This document shows, in pieces, positions 35,386 through 48,947 of a stretch of DNA of 64,000 bases. Under the pieces are notes generated by a model, which ran no database searches, had not been told where the DNA came from, and saw only the letters and a program-made list of their open reading frames with translations. The stretch's first letter is position 1, and each line of letters starts with the position of its first letter. The DNA lies in assembly GCA_001949185.1 (NCBI GenBank), contig BDGG01000001.1:2497324-2561323 (forward strand), given 5' to 3'. The DNA is from Ramazzottius varieornatus. Lineage: Eukaryota > Animalia > Tardigrada. A program made the position numbers and the translations under genes.

Positions 35386-38084
35386 ATGGATGCCTCATCA
35401 GCGCGTCGAAAGTCACATGGAATCGGGGCTGGAGGAAGCAGCAAAACCCCATCAAGTCAGAATGCATCGTTGCCATCTGGCATGAAAAGCTCATTATCGA
35501 GACCTGATTCCCTGATGCCCGCCACACTCGTTCCCACAAGCGACCGAGAGGCTGTACCGTTTAGAATCAGCGCGGCTTCGTCGGGGTCGGATATCTCCAA
35601 AGAACGGCTAATCCAGTTACTGACGAACGTTGAGGATGAGTACGATAAAGTCATTAAGGAGAATGCTCGCCTCAAAGCTCAGATCGAAGCCATGTCGAGA
35701 CCTGGCTTCCATCCCTCCACCAACGTCAATCTCTTCGCGCAGTCAGGTGGAATCTGCGGAATTTCTGCCCGTTCTTCGTTGAGCTCCAAGAACTCCTTCC
35801 CGCTTGCTCAAACCGTCCCAGCTGACGCTGGCGCCCATTCCCCTCCGCTCAGCTCGGTCGACTCGTCCCTGCATAAATTAAAGATTCTCAAGGAGGAACA
35901 GCTGCAAAAGTTCAAGAGTTCGAGACGTAAGATTGCTTCGGCGACCTCGAGGTTACGAAATGTGCCGTCGGCCGAAGCGGCGGTGGTGCGCAATTTCTCC
36001 AAGCATAATGATGGCGTTTGGGACGTGACTGTTCCCAGAGCGGCTACTTGTCCGTATTCCATCTTGGCCAGTGCCAGTGCTGATCGCACTGCTTGTGTAT
36101 GGAACGCCAAGACCGGACAATGCCTCACACAATATCAAGGTAAAACTACAATTACATAGTTTTCTGTCATCTGTTTTAATTTACGAAGTGAGGAAAATAA
36201 TGATAACATGGCGGAATGAATGCAACCGGAAGTTGCCAGTATTAGCCGTCGAAATCACAGTCATGGCGAGTCAGTGGGGGCAAATATTTTTATGACGTCA
36301 TACTGCCAAAGCCGTCAGCCGTGCCAGGTGGTAGGCATATTAACACTTGATCACAATGACGTCAGGGCGACCAGCAGTCTTACGGCCTGCCACACAGTAG
36401 CTGAGTATTTTCATTGTGAACGTTAGCTGTTTCCTGGTTTCCTAACTGCTGCGTGAGCCGCGACATAGTAGTATGACTGCACCTTTGGCAGTACATTTCC
36501 GTGTGCTTATCGTGCAGTGAACTGGAAGGTAATTACTTTTGAGAAGACATCAAGGCATGAGAAATTGCGTTGTAAATCAGACGTAAAGGAACAAACCCGA
36601 GGGATGGGCTTCCTTCAATCACGCGGCGAAGTCTTATAATGATCTTGGCCTGTTTTCCTTTTTACAGGACATGATGGAGCTGTCAACTCGGTGCGCTTTA
36701 TGTCAATGCGTGTCGCTATGGGCGACAGTGTTCTGGTCCTCACCGCCAGCGGAGACTGCACCGCGCACGTCTGGAAGGTGAATGCTTCGCAGCTGGCCTC
36801 CAAAGAAGACCAAGGTACCCAGAATAAACCGTAAATGCAGAGACAGTACAATAGACCGAAAGCTTTCACGCTGAACGCAAGGCTTCTCGAAGTGAATGAA
36901 GGACTTCTGCATCGGAACAGAAAAGGCAAAGAAAGTTTTGGCATGAAGAATGCGTGAAAACTTGATCGAGAAATCGAAAGGAAATGTGAAGTGAATCGTC
37001 CAGAAATTAATTATCGTTTTCTGTCAGGTGATCCTACGGAAGGTGATTCCTTCCATTCATCCAGCAAGCCTAACAGAATGTTGGTCAATTACCCGTTGAT
37101 GGTGTTGCGTTCCCACACGAATGCTGTCAGTTGTGCCGAATGGATATCCGGCACTGATCAAATTATCACGGCCTCGTGGGATCGTTCGGCCATCGTCTTC
37201 GACGTGGAGACCGGCGACAACCTGAATACCTTTGCCGGTCACGATGATGAATTAACTTATGTCTCCGTGTGTAGACCACAAAAGCTCTTTGTGACCTGTT
37301 CGAAGGACGCCACGTTCCGGCTGTGGGACCTCCGGGAACCAACGTTACAATCAGTTAGCGTCTTTCAGGGCCACACTGATGCCGTGAACTGCGCGGTGTT
37401 TACTCCCAGTGGTGACAGCATTGTCTCCGGTGGAGATGACAGAGTACTGCGCGTGTGGGACCTTCGCAATATGAGGTCGCCCAAGTCCTCGGTCCGAATG
37501 GACGGAGCCATTAACAGGTACCAGTATTTATTCTTGATCAAACATCAAGACTCACTTCAAGACGAGATAGAATTCGCTAAACTGAATACTAAGGATGTCG
37601 GAAAATGGGCTCACACAGATTGCTTTCCCACGTGGCGCGCAGGTCTCGGCTAATAATAGTACAAACGTGCGTCACTTGAAGTAGCGCTCTGATCAAAATC
37701 GTTTGTCGGCGTCCCACATTTTTCATTTGAATGAAATCGATATTGGAAATTTGGAAAGATGGCTGAGAATCGAGTTTTTAACCCAGTTATCATAAGTGCG
37801 ATTTTGTCTAATTTTATTATTTTCCGTGTTAAAGGTTGTCCATATCGGAGTCCTTGGTGGTGGCAGCTCCGTTGGATAACCGCTCGGTCGAGTTGTACTC
37901 GATCACTACGGGTAAGCTGACGCGGTTACCGCGAGCCAAACGCCTGGGCCATCAACGAATGGTAACAGCTGCGGCCTGGTTCGACGATTATCCTCCGTCG
38001 TCTCCGGCCTATGGACTGGACGTTAATTTGGTAACGTCGGCGTTCGACCGACAAATCATTGGTTGGAAAACGATAACTGGTTAA
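35386..38084 (+). CDS. WDR37: WD repeat-containing protein 37
   Basis: N-terminal coiled coil ERLIQLLTNVEDEYDKVIKENARLK; WD repeats HNDGVWDV, ASADRTACVW, TASWDRSA, DATFRLWD, SVSVFQGHTD, VWDLRNMRSP, GHQRMV; C-terminus NLVTSAFDRQIIGWK. Confidence 0.9.
36303..36491. mobile_element. Small TA-flanked MITE in a WDR37 intron
   Basis: TA|CTGCCAAAG ... CTTTGGCAG|TA. Confidence 0.5.
37590..37716. repeat. Family A palindrome, variant arms
   Basis: GTGGCGCGC...GTGCGTCACTT...GTTTGTCGGCGTCCCA inside a WDR37 intron. Confidence 0.7.
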
Positions 38085-40119
38085 TGATGGTTGTTCTTGT
38101 TTCTGGTTACGTTTTTCTTCAAGAGTTTTATTAAACGAAGTGTTTTTCAATTCTGGTTATAATCAAAAACCCCTGGTTGGACCATTTTGGCTTGCCTCTC
38201 TGTTTTCAACAAAGCTTTTTGGAACATTAGGCTTTACTGGTTTTTCATCCTACTCAGCGTGAAAGTATTTCTTAGTTACATTGATTTTCTTGTGTGAACG
38301 AATGTTTTATAACTCCTTCAAAGAAAAGTATTTCCTGCTTGACACCACACTTCACTTCGAACGCAATCTACTACATTCTCAAGTAGACACAAGCAACTCG
38401 GGAATTCCCGAGTCAGGAACTAATCCGCAGTCAAGTAGCGCTTTGTGTCCGATAGACAGATAGCTTTATTGAGCCTGGACAATCTAGTCAACGGCCTGCT
38501 CGGCCTGCGCGATCTTCAGCGGATAAAGGAACATGCTAAAATACAGTATTAAGTTAAATACCTGCCGGAGATCGTTACATGGAACAGGTACCAGATGCAA
38601 AATTCGTAGAGCCTCAACAGAAGCAACTGAATTTACTAAACAAGGAAATGAGGAAGCGTTCTTCAATCTTCGTCCAGGGGTTCGCTCGTCCCTGTCCATT
38701 TCCGACTGGCTTGGTTGTTCCCGGTTTGACGCTCGAGCTGTTCCAAGTTTATGGTTGGGTCCGATGCCGGTATCGTTGGCTTCTTAATGTCCGTCGCGAT
38801 GGTCCTCATGGTAGACTTGGGTTTGCCCTCCGAACCTGGCAGTACCAACGGAAGCTTGAGCCGCTTGGCTTGGCGGATCGATGATGTGACGGCCATTCGA
38901 ATGCTATCCTCCTCCCAAATGGGTCACTTCCTTGTTGTCCACCATTACCACGTCTACGTCCTCGGTGTTCCCTACCACCACGTCCACCGCCACGTCCCTC
39001 AGAGTGTTCATTAGCGCCACTACGTCCACCGTGGAGTTGGCCACGGTGAGCGGATCGATCCGAAGTCGATCTTCACATCTGGTCGACCGGCACTGACAGC
39101 GGTCGCTGTTGGCTCTTGTGCATGGTGGACTTTGGCCTGAGGGACCTGGAGACGGGTAGGCTGGATGGCCAAGGTTAGGGGATGGAGCAGCTTGTTGGAT
39201 CACTGTCATCCCTGGCAGGATTAGCCACTCTTCGGCCGTGAATCTTGGTTCGAGAGTTGCCAGTCTGTAGCATTTTCTCCTTTGAGGAGGAATGTAGAGA
39301 ACGAATTTCCGTGTTGCTGCCAACGCGGAAGCTCGACCGGAAACAGGTGGCGTTTTCGAGGAACGTCTCGTGCTCACTGTTCGTGTCTCTCTGGATCAAG
39401 CTGTGTAAGTTCTTTCGAGGGTCTCTTAGGCTTTCCCGGAGCGTTTGAACTAAACCAGGCAATATAAAATGGCAGATACGGAGGAGAAAATTACTGGCAG
39501 AGGGAGTGGTAGGGTTCCATGCTGAAGAATCACCGCGTCTCCAGAAAATAAAGATGGCGCTGGTGGAATTAGGAGACCAAATTCCGCCTGTTGTGTGCTG
39601 AAGAGTGGAACCAAAGGCACCGAATGTAGGGCCGAAAGAAAGGTTTAGGGATGGGTTTTGGCTTATCGTGGGAGAACATTGGAGTACCCACAGTTGGGTG
39701 ACGGTGAACCCCTTCCCGCATATACTGCTCTTTCCCAAACAGTTCTCTTTTCATTGTGAACACAAGGAAACGAAGCACTTGAGCATGAAATCAGGATAAT
39801 CTAAACAGTATTGGCAGCTTTGGTTGTAAACGCGCCACGATCGAAATATCGATCGGAAAGCGGATTTAATTGACGCTGTTAGACGACGCTGGATGCTTGA
39901 GATGGCGACTAGCCGGAATATGCTCTTCCGTTTGTTCCTCATGTTCCTTCCCGCGACGGTTATCAATCTCGCCTTGGTCTATTCTGGGGCTGTTGTCGAA
40001 ACATCTTCCTTCAAGGCATTCCAAACTGTGAAAGCTGGCTGTCGATTGTAAAGGGAATATAACGTCCCACAGGATTAACGATGAGCGAAGGAGGATAAGA
40101 GATCTGAACGTGCCAAGCT

Positions 40120-40215
40120 ATTGGCAAGCCATGAGGCAAGCCAAGCTATTTCTTCGCGCACAAAGAACGGCTTTCGTTGATAAGCCTGCAAGGTAGAGCC
40201 GTAAGGCTTGCCAAT
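40120..40215. repeat. Short inverted-repeat element
   Basis: ATTGGCAAGCCATGAGGC ... GCCGTAAGGCTTGCCAAT. Confidence 0.55.
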
Positions 40216-41277
40216 GATCCCGTTTGCAACATAGAAGTACGTCAACGTCATCGCGAGCTGCGATCGAGCCTAGCCTGACATCCGGACTTGATTGTTCTAG
40301 TACGGCTGTATATAACCGGGGTTGCGCTACTCAGTGCCGGAAGAACCGTCTCTTCCACATGTAAATACAGGGGAGTGCGATAGTGTTGAGAAAGAGCCCA
40401 GGAGGCCACCACTACATTATCGCGGCACATTATTTCAATCGATTGGCAATTCTGAAAGGGGGAAAAGCCTGCGATCCAACACTTCGGCAGTTTATATATA
40501 CCTAGCTTCTCTCTCTTCCCGAGAGTTTATCGACTTGGATTTTCTATCTGTGGAATTTATTGTGCCGAGTTTGTAGACATTTTAACTGAGCAAACTTGAG
40601 CTATATGGGCATCATCCTTGTGAGCGAAAAGTGCTGCAATGGTTGGGATGAAGTGATTCGAGCAGTCGGGAGAAAGAAGGAAACACCAGTGCATACGTAT
40701 AAATGCAGACTACTATAGTATGTCGCCTCTCCCGCAAATGATCTGATTATTTATTTATCTATCGGCCGTCAATTGTGTGGTCCGGTGGCATTCGATGTTT
40801 TGAGAGCGCGAAGAGCGCATTCTCATCCGCGGCCCGGTCGGGTTCGCTGTTTGCCTGCTCGAAGCGCCCATCCGACATAGTTCTACCCACATTCTACCCC
40901 CAACCTATTATTGATCTTGCATTGAGTCCTTGCCGCCAGCTCGATATACTTTAGCTCGGGATCGGTTAGAGGAAAGAGGAGAAAAACTGAAGGAATACAC
41001 GCGAGATAAATCCGGCTGGATGAAAAGATGAGGATGGTCGTTTGTTCAGGCTAATCGTCGTGCGTGAGATGATGATCATCAGCTAGCAGCGGAGGTTTTT
41101 TATATCTCCCCTTTCCTATATTTTTCATTTGCTCCATTTGTATGGCGGTTCGCAACTCAGGGAAATCTGCCTTGATTAATCCCTGTTCGAGTTGGGGGCA
41201 AAGTGCAGATCGAGTATGCATAGATCTAATGAGAACCCTGTGATGCTGTCAGCCTTGGCGCAAGAGCGTTCTCTGAT

Positions 41278-43539
41278 ATGGCTTCGCCGGTGAAATTGGA
41301 TGTAGCGTTGGGGACGGGCGCAAGGTTTTTGTTAACTTGTGGAATCTTCTTACTGTTCATGATGCCGATTTCGGGAGGAACCCACGACTTCAACTCCCGT
41401 TTCGTCGTGCCGAAAGATTTCAATAAACCCTACTGCAGCTATTTTGCAAACAGGAGTCCACAACCGGCACCTGAACTCCGGAATTGCAGTTGGTACAAAA
41501 AGGTGCGTCAATACCTGTCATGAAATTAGAGCACATCTTCGCTCTTTAACTGCCACAGAAGAAGCAGAAAATATTAGTCTCGGTATTCTAAAAAGTTTGG
41601 CACGAATCATCATGATCATCATGCTACGTTGTTCAATTTTCACGGGAAAAATCTCTCTTACTGCGAAGCGTTTCCAGGAAATTAGGATGGAGCGCACGCC
41701 AGACTATTGAATTTCCTTAAGTTGCTTTCTGTTTAATCAGAGAGGCGAAACTGTAAATTGACAAACTTAATTTGGAGAGAAGATTGATTGCTTTGCAACT
41801 GCCGCAATTTTGGTCAATATACAAGGTTGATTCTGATTGCTTCGACGGACTTTGAAGTGCTACAAACAATTCTACGATACTTGCTCCACTGTTGAATTCT
41901 GTCCCGAGGTAGCTCAGGCTCCCGCAATCTTTGTAAGAAAGTCTAGTGCAGATCGGATGACCGGGAACAAAGCAAGTTGGAAAAAGTCGCAGGTACCCGG
42001 AAATCTAGGGTCGGTTTTAGACTGAAGATTTGGCTCATTTGCGGTTTTTTTGCAACTGGATCAAGCTCTTAAATAAAATCCGCCGATGCTATTTGGCTGA
42101 GACAGCATTTCGGCACAGGAATAGCGGGACGCCTTCCGTGCTTTGTCGTTTTGAAAAAGCATGTGGCAAGTAAACGCGTTGGTAAGCAAAAAAGTGAAAT
42201 TGTTTAATGAACTAATTTTATTTACTTATTTGACAGTGAATCAAAAGCTTTGGTTTGTTTTTGTAAAATAGCCTTGGCATTTGTTTTTTGCAACAAATTG
42301 GCCCCTGGCAATTCGACAGTCTGGGTCGCCCGGTAGAAATATTTCGTTGACTAAAATGAGTGTTTTTCTGTCAGTCGCCTCAGCCAAGCAATTGAAGTTA
42401 TGACCATGAGATATATACAGAGCTGAAGATCCGAAAAATGGTCTATACAACGGGTGGAAGCACGACTATAACGGGTCAGAAAAAAATTTACTACAGATTT
42501 AAAAAATCCGTCGGAAGCGATCTGAATTAACCTTGTGAGTGTAACGTCAAACACACCAAAATGGAGCCGCAAGAGACCGCAATATACGGTAATGCTCAAT
42601 GCACATGACGTCAAAGGTCATCATTCATCTTCCGGCTTTTCCATTTCGTAACTTCTGTTTCGGTTCGGTATTCCCAGAGGACCAAATTATCGAACATTTC
42701 CATTTGCGATATTACATCTTATTGATTTTGGTGTTTTTTTCGATCTTTCAGAATAGCTGCTGTCGGCAAGGTACGTACGCCACTTGTCAGATTAGGTAAT
42801 CCAAAGTTCCCCGCACTGTTACGAGCTAATGGCGACTAATTTGTAGTTGAGCTGGATGCCATTTTCAAAGACATCAAGCCTATCCTTGGGGCGGACGAGA
42901 AGTGTACCAAAATGCTCAATTACATGATTTGCTGGGTCTGTGATCCCAGTAAGTGCAAATTAGCCACCACGATTTCGCCACCTCTAAGTGTATTGCATCA
43001 CATCACTTCGGTCCCTTGACAAGCAGCTGTTTGTTCAAGCGATACATTTTTCTAAAATGATTTAGGACATTGGCGAGATGACCTGAACACGGTCGTTATC
43101 TCCAGTGGCGCACTTTCTGATTGTTTTTGGCAGACAGTTTGCGCCACTTACGGATACGACCCTGTCCGCCCCATTTAATTATGGAGTAATGATGTTATGC
43201 AAATGCTTCTTGTTCGCAGATCAACACTTGTTCTACTCTAGCCAGCGACAAGAACTGACCTTCTGCGAGTCATTTTGTGACGCTATATTGTCGGCGTGTC
43301 AGACTGCCATTCAGAAGGGCGAACTCATGGCGCATTTCTATCAAGACGGTCGGCAGTTCTGCAAGAACCACAATTTCCATGTGCCGGAAAGCTCGAGCAA
43401 TGAAACGTGCTTCCCGTCGAGAACGTTATGGCAGCAAGTCGGCGGATGGCGAAGCGGTGCCATAAGTCTTCAAGCACCCGTCAGTCTATACACGGGCCTT
43501 TCTTTCCTTGTCAATAGCCTGCTGCTTCGTTTTCTTTAG
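41278..43539 (+). CDS. Folate receptor/riboflavin-binding-protein family, secreted and probably GPI-anchored; 4 exons including a 19-nt microexon
   Basis: Signal peptide; Cys pattern YCSYF...NCSWYKK|NSCC...C..MLNYMICWVCDP|NQHLFY...FCESFCDAILSAC...FC...CF; hydrophobic C-terminal tail. Exons 41278-41502, 42752-42770, 42847-42948, 43220-43539. Confidence 0.78.
43063..43173. repeat. Family A palindrome
   Basis: AGTGGCGCAC...TGCGCCACTT in the last intron of the folate-receptor-like gene. Confidence 0.7.
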
Positions 43540-43895
43540 AAACATTACACTTGTGGGGTATGAGTACCTCGTAACGGTAACACCCTTTTCATAGGTAAAC
43601 TGACTGCCAAGATCGATATTCAACCTGTGTCAAACGAGTGGGATGAGTTTGTAATGCTGGCTTCGATCCATGCCAACGCTCTAAATTCACCGATAATTTC
43701 TCTCCTGCCCAGAGTCTTCAGACATACCACATTGTGCATCGCGTACGGAATCTTTCATTTGAAAGACACGAGAATTAAAAATCACTGTACTCCGACAATT
43801 CCATAAAAAACACTGCGAGGCTGTATCTCGGCGAAAAAAATACTGAAGAACTATTTCAACTTGATCCGCAGAAAGATGAGAAGAGGAAGGAACTT

Positions 43896-46800
43896 CTACA
43901 GCTTTTTTGCTAAGCGATAGTTTGGTATCGGTAAAACAGGTCCGACATTGACCATATCACAGAAGCTCGTATCTAGAACTAATGGTGCGAAAGCAGGGAC
44001 AGTTTCTTTGGTGAAGAGTGCGATGTTGGGTAGGTTGCCGATCCAGCCTTCCGCCAGCACAGTCCTGGCAACTACATTGCCCTTTACGGCTCTACCGATA
44101 AACCTGGTGCAATTGCCATACTGGCGGGTTACCAGGGCTATTTTCTGCTTCCCACCGCCTTCCATATCACATTGTACGACAATCATTTCGCCCGACTGAG
44201 CACGCAAGTATTTCGGGACGTCAACCAGCGGCATCATGGCGCCCACGAAATTACCGATGAAGTACCCGGCTGGCAGCGGAAACTTTGAGCGAAGCCCCCA
44301 TGTACTTCCTTCTTTGAAGACCTGAAACAGAAAACTTACCTCTTTGGTCCCAAGAACGATTTCTGAACATAAGATTTAGCCTTGAATAGAAACCGAAGTG
44401 GTCGTACATGATGGTCCATAATACACTGGCTTTTCACTCGAACCAGAATTCACCACGCTTTCACATTGTCAGTCTAGCATGATTACAACAGATGAAAGCC
44501 TGATTTAACTGGGTTAAATTTTTTAAATTATTAATCAGTACCTTAGTTTCTTTATGGACAAGCATACCTGAAAGTGGCCGAAGGAAGGTCGCTGTGTTAC
44601 ACGGTTCCTGCACTGCGTACTACAGTTGCACGAAGCCGAGCATTCGTAGATCATCCCGCTTCCGCCGTTTCCCACGTTCAGCCTTCCATCTTGTGTGTAG
44701 CACTTGGCCGTTGATGCGCCACTTCTCTTGGTACAATCACAGTTTTGCCAGTTACACTTCCCGTTCGGCCCACACTTGCACTTCTTCTCCCGGATCAAGA
44801 ACCCTACTGGTACTTCCTTCTCATACTGTACCACAGGCTGTGTTACATAATGGAACGACTGAGGCACTTCATCGTCCTCCGAGTTTACCACTTCGACCGG
44901 ATGTCTTTCTCGCCCCATAGAGAGGTCTTCAAGCACAACTCTGTGACTCGAGTAGGGAGGGTCTTTTGGCTTCTCAGCAGAGACTGGTCGAGCGTAGCCT
45001 CTTGCTCGGAGACGTAGCCGTTCGACGGCGTGCGACAAGTTGTCGCCGACGTACTCCAGTGCGTCAGTCGATGGGGTGAAGTGGAGCGTCCGCAAGACGT
45101 TGAGGGCGAAGTCATGGCCCCAGTCTTTGAGTAGTCGATCCGCGATCTTTCTTCCCATTTTTCGTTTCTTGAAGACTTTGACAATAGAGAGACACGTCGC
45201 GCAGTTGGTGATAGTCACAGAGTTCTTGGAGGAAAAAAGCTGGAAAAGATGTTCTTCAATCTCTTCGTCCGAAAAGGCAAACCTAAAAAGGAAAAGTCTA
45301 GGACCAAATTCACACCAGAATTCGATGAAAAGAAAACCGGATAGCTTTTGTTTTTGTTGCAAACTCGATAGTAAAACTGGTCAAATAGGAAGAATGCAAT
45401 GGTGAGCTCGGCAAAGCGCGCCACGATCGGTTTTCAGAGTGACGCGCGCTTGCAGCCAAAATAACCGACCATGTACGCCACTTGGAGAAACAATCTTTTC
45501 GAGTTTGTTTGCCAAGCTCCACAATTGTTCTTGGGACCGAAAACCAACCTGTCGAAATTGAGCACGTCACACTGCATCAGCAGCGCAATCGCATCATATC
45601 GCTTTGCGTCGACCAACTTTCTAAACGAAACTTCCAACGCTGCCGAACACACCGCGCGATCATCCAGCTTCCTCAACAAGACCACCGCCGCCGAGTACCC
45701 GACTGCCGCCGCGTACTCCATTGCTGTAAACTCTTGATCACCATACTTCGCGTCGATTGGAAACCCCGCTTGTATCAGCATGGACAAGATCGACAACTGC
45801 CTTTCACTGATAGCCAGAAACAATGGACCAACAAGCGCACTATGGAAATCTGTATGAGAGTACAAAGCTTCGACGTTACGAGGGTACAAGAGGAACTGTA
45901 AGACGCCCTTCAGGTCGCCGTCTCGAATGCAGAAAAGCAGGTCTGCCAAGTCCATCTCGACACGTTCGAGCATGTCGACTTCTTTCAGGACGGATTCCAT
46001 ACTGTAGGACTCCATGGCTGGCAAGTACGAGCAGGAGATGCGGAAACCAACGGGGAAATCGCGGTGGTAGGAGTTGGCAGGTGGACCGCAACGATGAAGG
46101 AGCGGCTGACGGGGAGTGAAGACAAGGGAAGGCTCGATAACATCGGAAGGAATGCGTAACATTATCAAACCAGGATCCTACAAGAACAACTTTTCGGATA
46201 AGTGCGTACAACGTTCTTCAAAATTCCCCCTCGGCAAATAAACTCGGCAAGATCTTTTTCCCAAGTGGCGCAAGCTTTCAGCACTGCAGTATGCAACTGT
46301 GCGCCACTTGGAAAAAACGATTTTGCCAAGTGCGTTTATTTAGTTTCCAAATACTGCATAGGAATTTGTTTTGAAATTTCGATGTATGTTCTTCTGCAAC
46401 TTACTTCAATCTTGACCACGACAAGCTCTGACACTTTCAGGCAGTGAACACACTTCACATGTCCACTGCCATCCTTATCACCACAGGCTTCGTGGTACAG
46501 ATGACCACTAGTGGCACTGCACGCTCGGAACTCGCCCAGCTCGCAGAAGATGGAGCAGGTTGGACAGGCATGGTGGTTACGAAGGTTCGCTACGTGGACA
46601 TCACAGAGGGAAATGAGCGGAAGGTTGGCTGCACAGCGAAACAACTTGTGCCGCATGGAACGAGGTATCTGCCTCGGACACGAGAAGGTTTGCCCATGAC
46701 ATGTCATCCTTGCTTGACACACTGTTTGGGCCAGAGCTTCCTTAACACCGGCCGGCGTCCATGGAAGAAGAGCTTTTCGATCGCGCCAGGAGTTCGTGAT

Positions 46801-48947
46801 GTCGAGGGTAAAACGATCCAGAGTACCTGCGACAAAGAAGCGGATATGAAGTACAAACAAAGAGAAGTGAATTGGAAGCTCGGACAACAGACTCGACAAG
46901 ATCGTTTTCCTAACTGACGCACGTTCTCAAATGTTACTGGCTGAAACGTTGCGCCAGTTGGAAACCCGACCGTGTCGAGTTTGTTTGCAGAGCTCTAAAT
47001 TTTGAATGGATTACCTTTGGTACCGAGGGAGTATTCTTCTTTGCAGTCGCACTCGATCCTTCGAGCTTTGAGCTGTTGTATCGTATCGGCCTCCTGGCGG
47101 GACATGACTTTCCTCTTCGGGAACTTGTTGCCTACTACGGAAGCGGAAAATCTCCCTGGACTTTGGCTAGTTTCTGACTCGGATTTCGGTTCACCCGTTT
47201 TTGACGTGGATTCGAGGAGAGCCTCTCCTGCAAAACACACCACATACTTTCCAATATGCCTTCTGTTACATAATCAGTTCAGACTAATCTATGAACTGTT
47301 TCAGTCATAAGCGTCGAAAAGACCAAGACATGTCTGGCGTACCTTCAGATTCCGAAGACTGTGACTGCTTTCGTTTGTCACTGCGGACTGAAACTAGCCC
47401 GATGGCCTGTAAGGTCACCTTGTCAATACTGGCGAGACTGTCCCCGCTATCCGACGACGTGTTCTGCGGCGTTGGTCCGAGGTTTTTCGGCTCTTCAGTC
47501 TCTTCTACATCAGAACCGGTGTCCAACATATTCCAGTATACAGTTAGTTGAAAGTGTCATAAGTTGTAAGGATGTCGTAATCACCTGCGACCAGATAAGC
47601 GCTGCCGCAAGGCACAGGAAGCGTTTCTGTGAAAGCAACATAAGACTCAGAAGTGGTAAGATAGAACACAACCCCGCGAGTTCTTCGAGCGTACCTGGCG
47701 AGTCCACACTGAGATCAACTAAGTCAACCAGTCTCTCCACAACTAATACCGCAACGGCATCAGGGATAGCCGAAACTTCTGGAGGAATGTCTGATTCTAA
47801 GTCGCAAGATGTTTCCTTTACGCCCGAAAAAGACGCGGGCGGTGAAGTCTCCTGTCTTTCTCCATTTGGACCACTTTCGACCAGAGGAAGCACATCTGGA
47901 ATCTCCTTCGCGGAATACACTTCCACCGGAAGTGAGACATGATGAGGAACACTCGCACCGTTACCTGGAATGAAGAAAATGGTTTCAGTCACATAGGACA
48001 ACGATTGGTGTTCCGACAACACAAACCTGTACAGGAATCCAACAGATCTATCAGCTGACTGCAGGCTACCAAAACTTCTTCCGAATTCTCGTCCATGTTC
48101 ATGTCTTCTTCAGCTGGCGCTGGTATCGCGCTAGCTGAGCTTCTCATCCCGAACGAGTAGTCGTTCTTCACCTCGGCAATCATTATTTGGACATCATCCA
48201 TCCCATTGAAAACTTCTCCGCCGTTCGATTTGGGTTCGACAAGCTGACTGTCACTAGATTTCGGTTCATTGGCTATTCTTTCGCTGGCCGAGCGCGAACA
48301 GAGTAGCGCAAAGTCCAGTGAATCGCAGGGTGATCTGTCCACATTACCTGCAGCTGCATTACCCTCGCTGGTGTCTTCAGGAAGAATATTCAGGTTCGCT
48401 GGACCTTCGCCGTTTCTTCTCCTTTCCGAATCCGAACGTTCGGCATGTCCATTTGTCAGGACAAGAGATGAGTGCGAACTGCCATTCATGTATACAGCCT
48501 CTTCTTCCGCTAGAGACGAGCCAATCACATTCCCCGAAAGCAACTCGACCACTAGCTTCGATGCTAAGTCTTCTGGATTCGGTGCCAGGTTAGAGTCTGT
48601 TTTTCGTTCATCGATGATGTCTTCGGCAGGTACGGATTCTCCTAGACCTTGCGAAGCGGGATCCTTCATCCTGAAATCTCGATTTCCCAAAACTGGAACA
48701 GTAAAACACGAGAAGAAATTAGAGGGCCTTTTTCTGGGGGAGATTTAGCCGGGCCCCGGGTGTTTTCGTTCCGTAACGGGCGGTGACAGCAGGGGACAAC
48801 CGCAGACACCAAAGTCCGAACCGAGTCGACCGCGAAAATGGAGTAACTGCCGTGAATGGACGGGATCACTATTCTGCGAAATCCAGCTCAACCGTCCTCT
48901 ACAAATCGCTTATCAATATCGCTCGAGCTCTCCAGAAGAAGGACCAT
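43896..48947 (-). CDS. EHMT (G9a/GLP)-like protein: Cys-rich region, ankyrin repeats, pre-SET and degenerate SET
   Basis: G9a-type Cys region LCDVHVANLRNHHACPTCSIFCELGEFRAC...HLYHEAC...CVHC; ankyrin repeats; DLSMGRERHPVEVVN; pre-SET CKC...IYECSASCNCSTQCRNRVTQ; SET WGLRS...YGNCTRFIGR. Start codon inferred. Confidence 0.85.
45403..45521. repeat. Family A palindrome
   Basis: GAGCTCGGCAAA...AGTGACGCGC...GTACGCCACTT...TTTGCCAAGCTC inside an EHMT-like intron. Confidence 0.8.
46228..46350. repeat. Family A palindrome
   Basis: CTCGGCAAATAAACTCGGCAAGATC...CCAAGTGGCGCA...TGCGCCACTTGG inside an EHMT-like intron. Confidence 0.85.
46872..46998. repeat. Family A palindrome
   Basis: GCTCGGACAACAGACTCGACAAGATCG...TGACGCAC...TGCGCCAG...GTCGAGTTTGTTTGCAGAGC inside an EHMT-like intron. 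Confidence 0.8.

Noticed and set aside
37775-37790. TTTTAACCCAGTTA, matching part of C. elegans SL2
   Set aside because: It lies in the last WDR37 intron with no AG|GT donor, hairpin or Sm arrangement; most likely chance.
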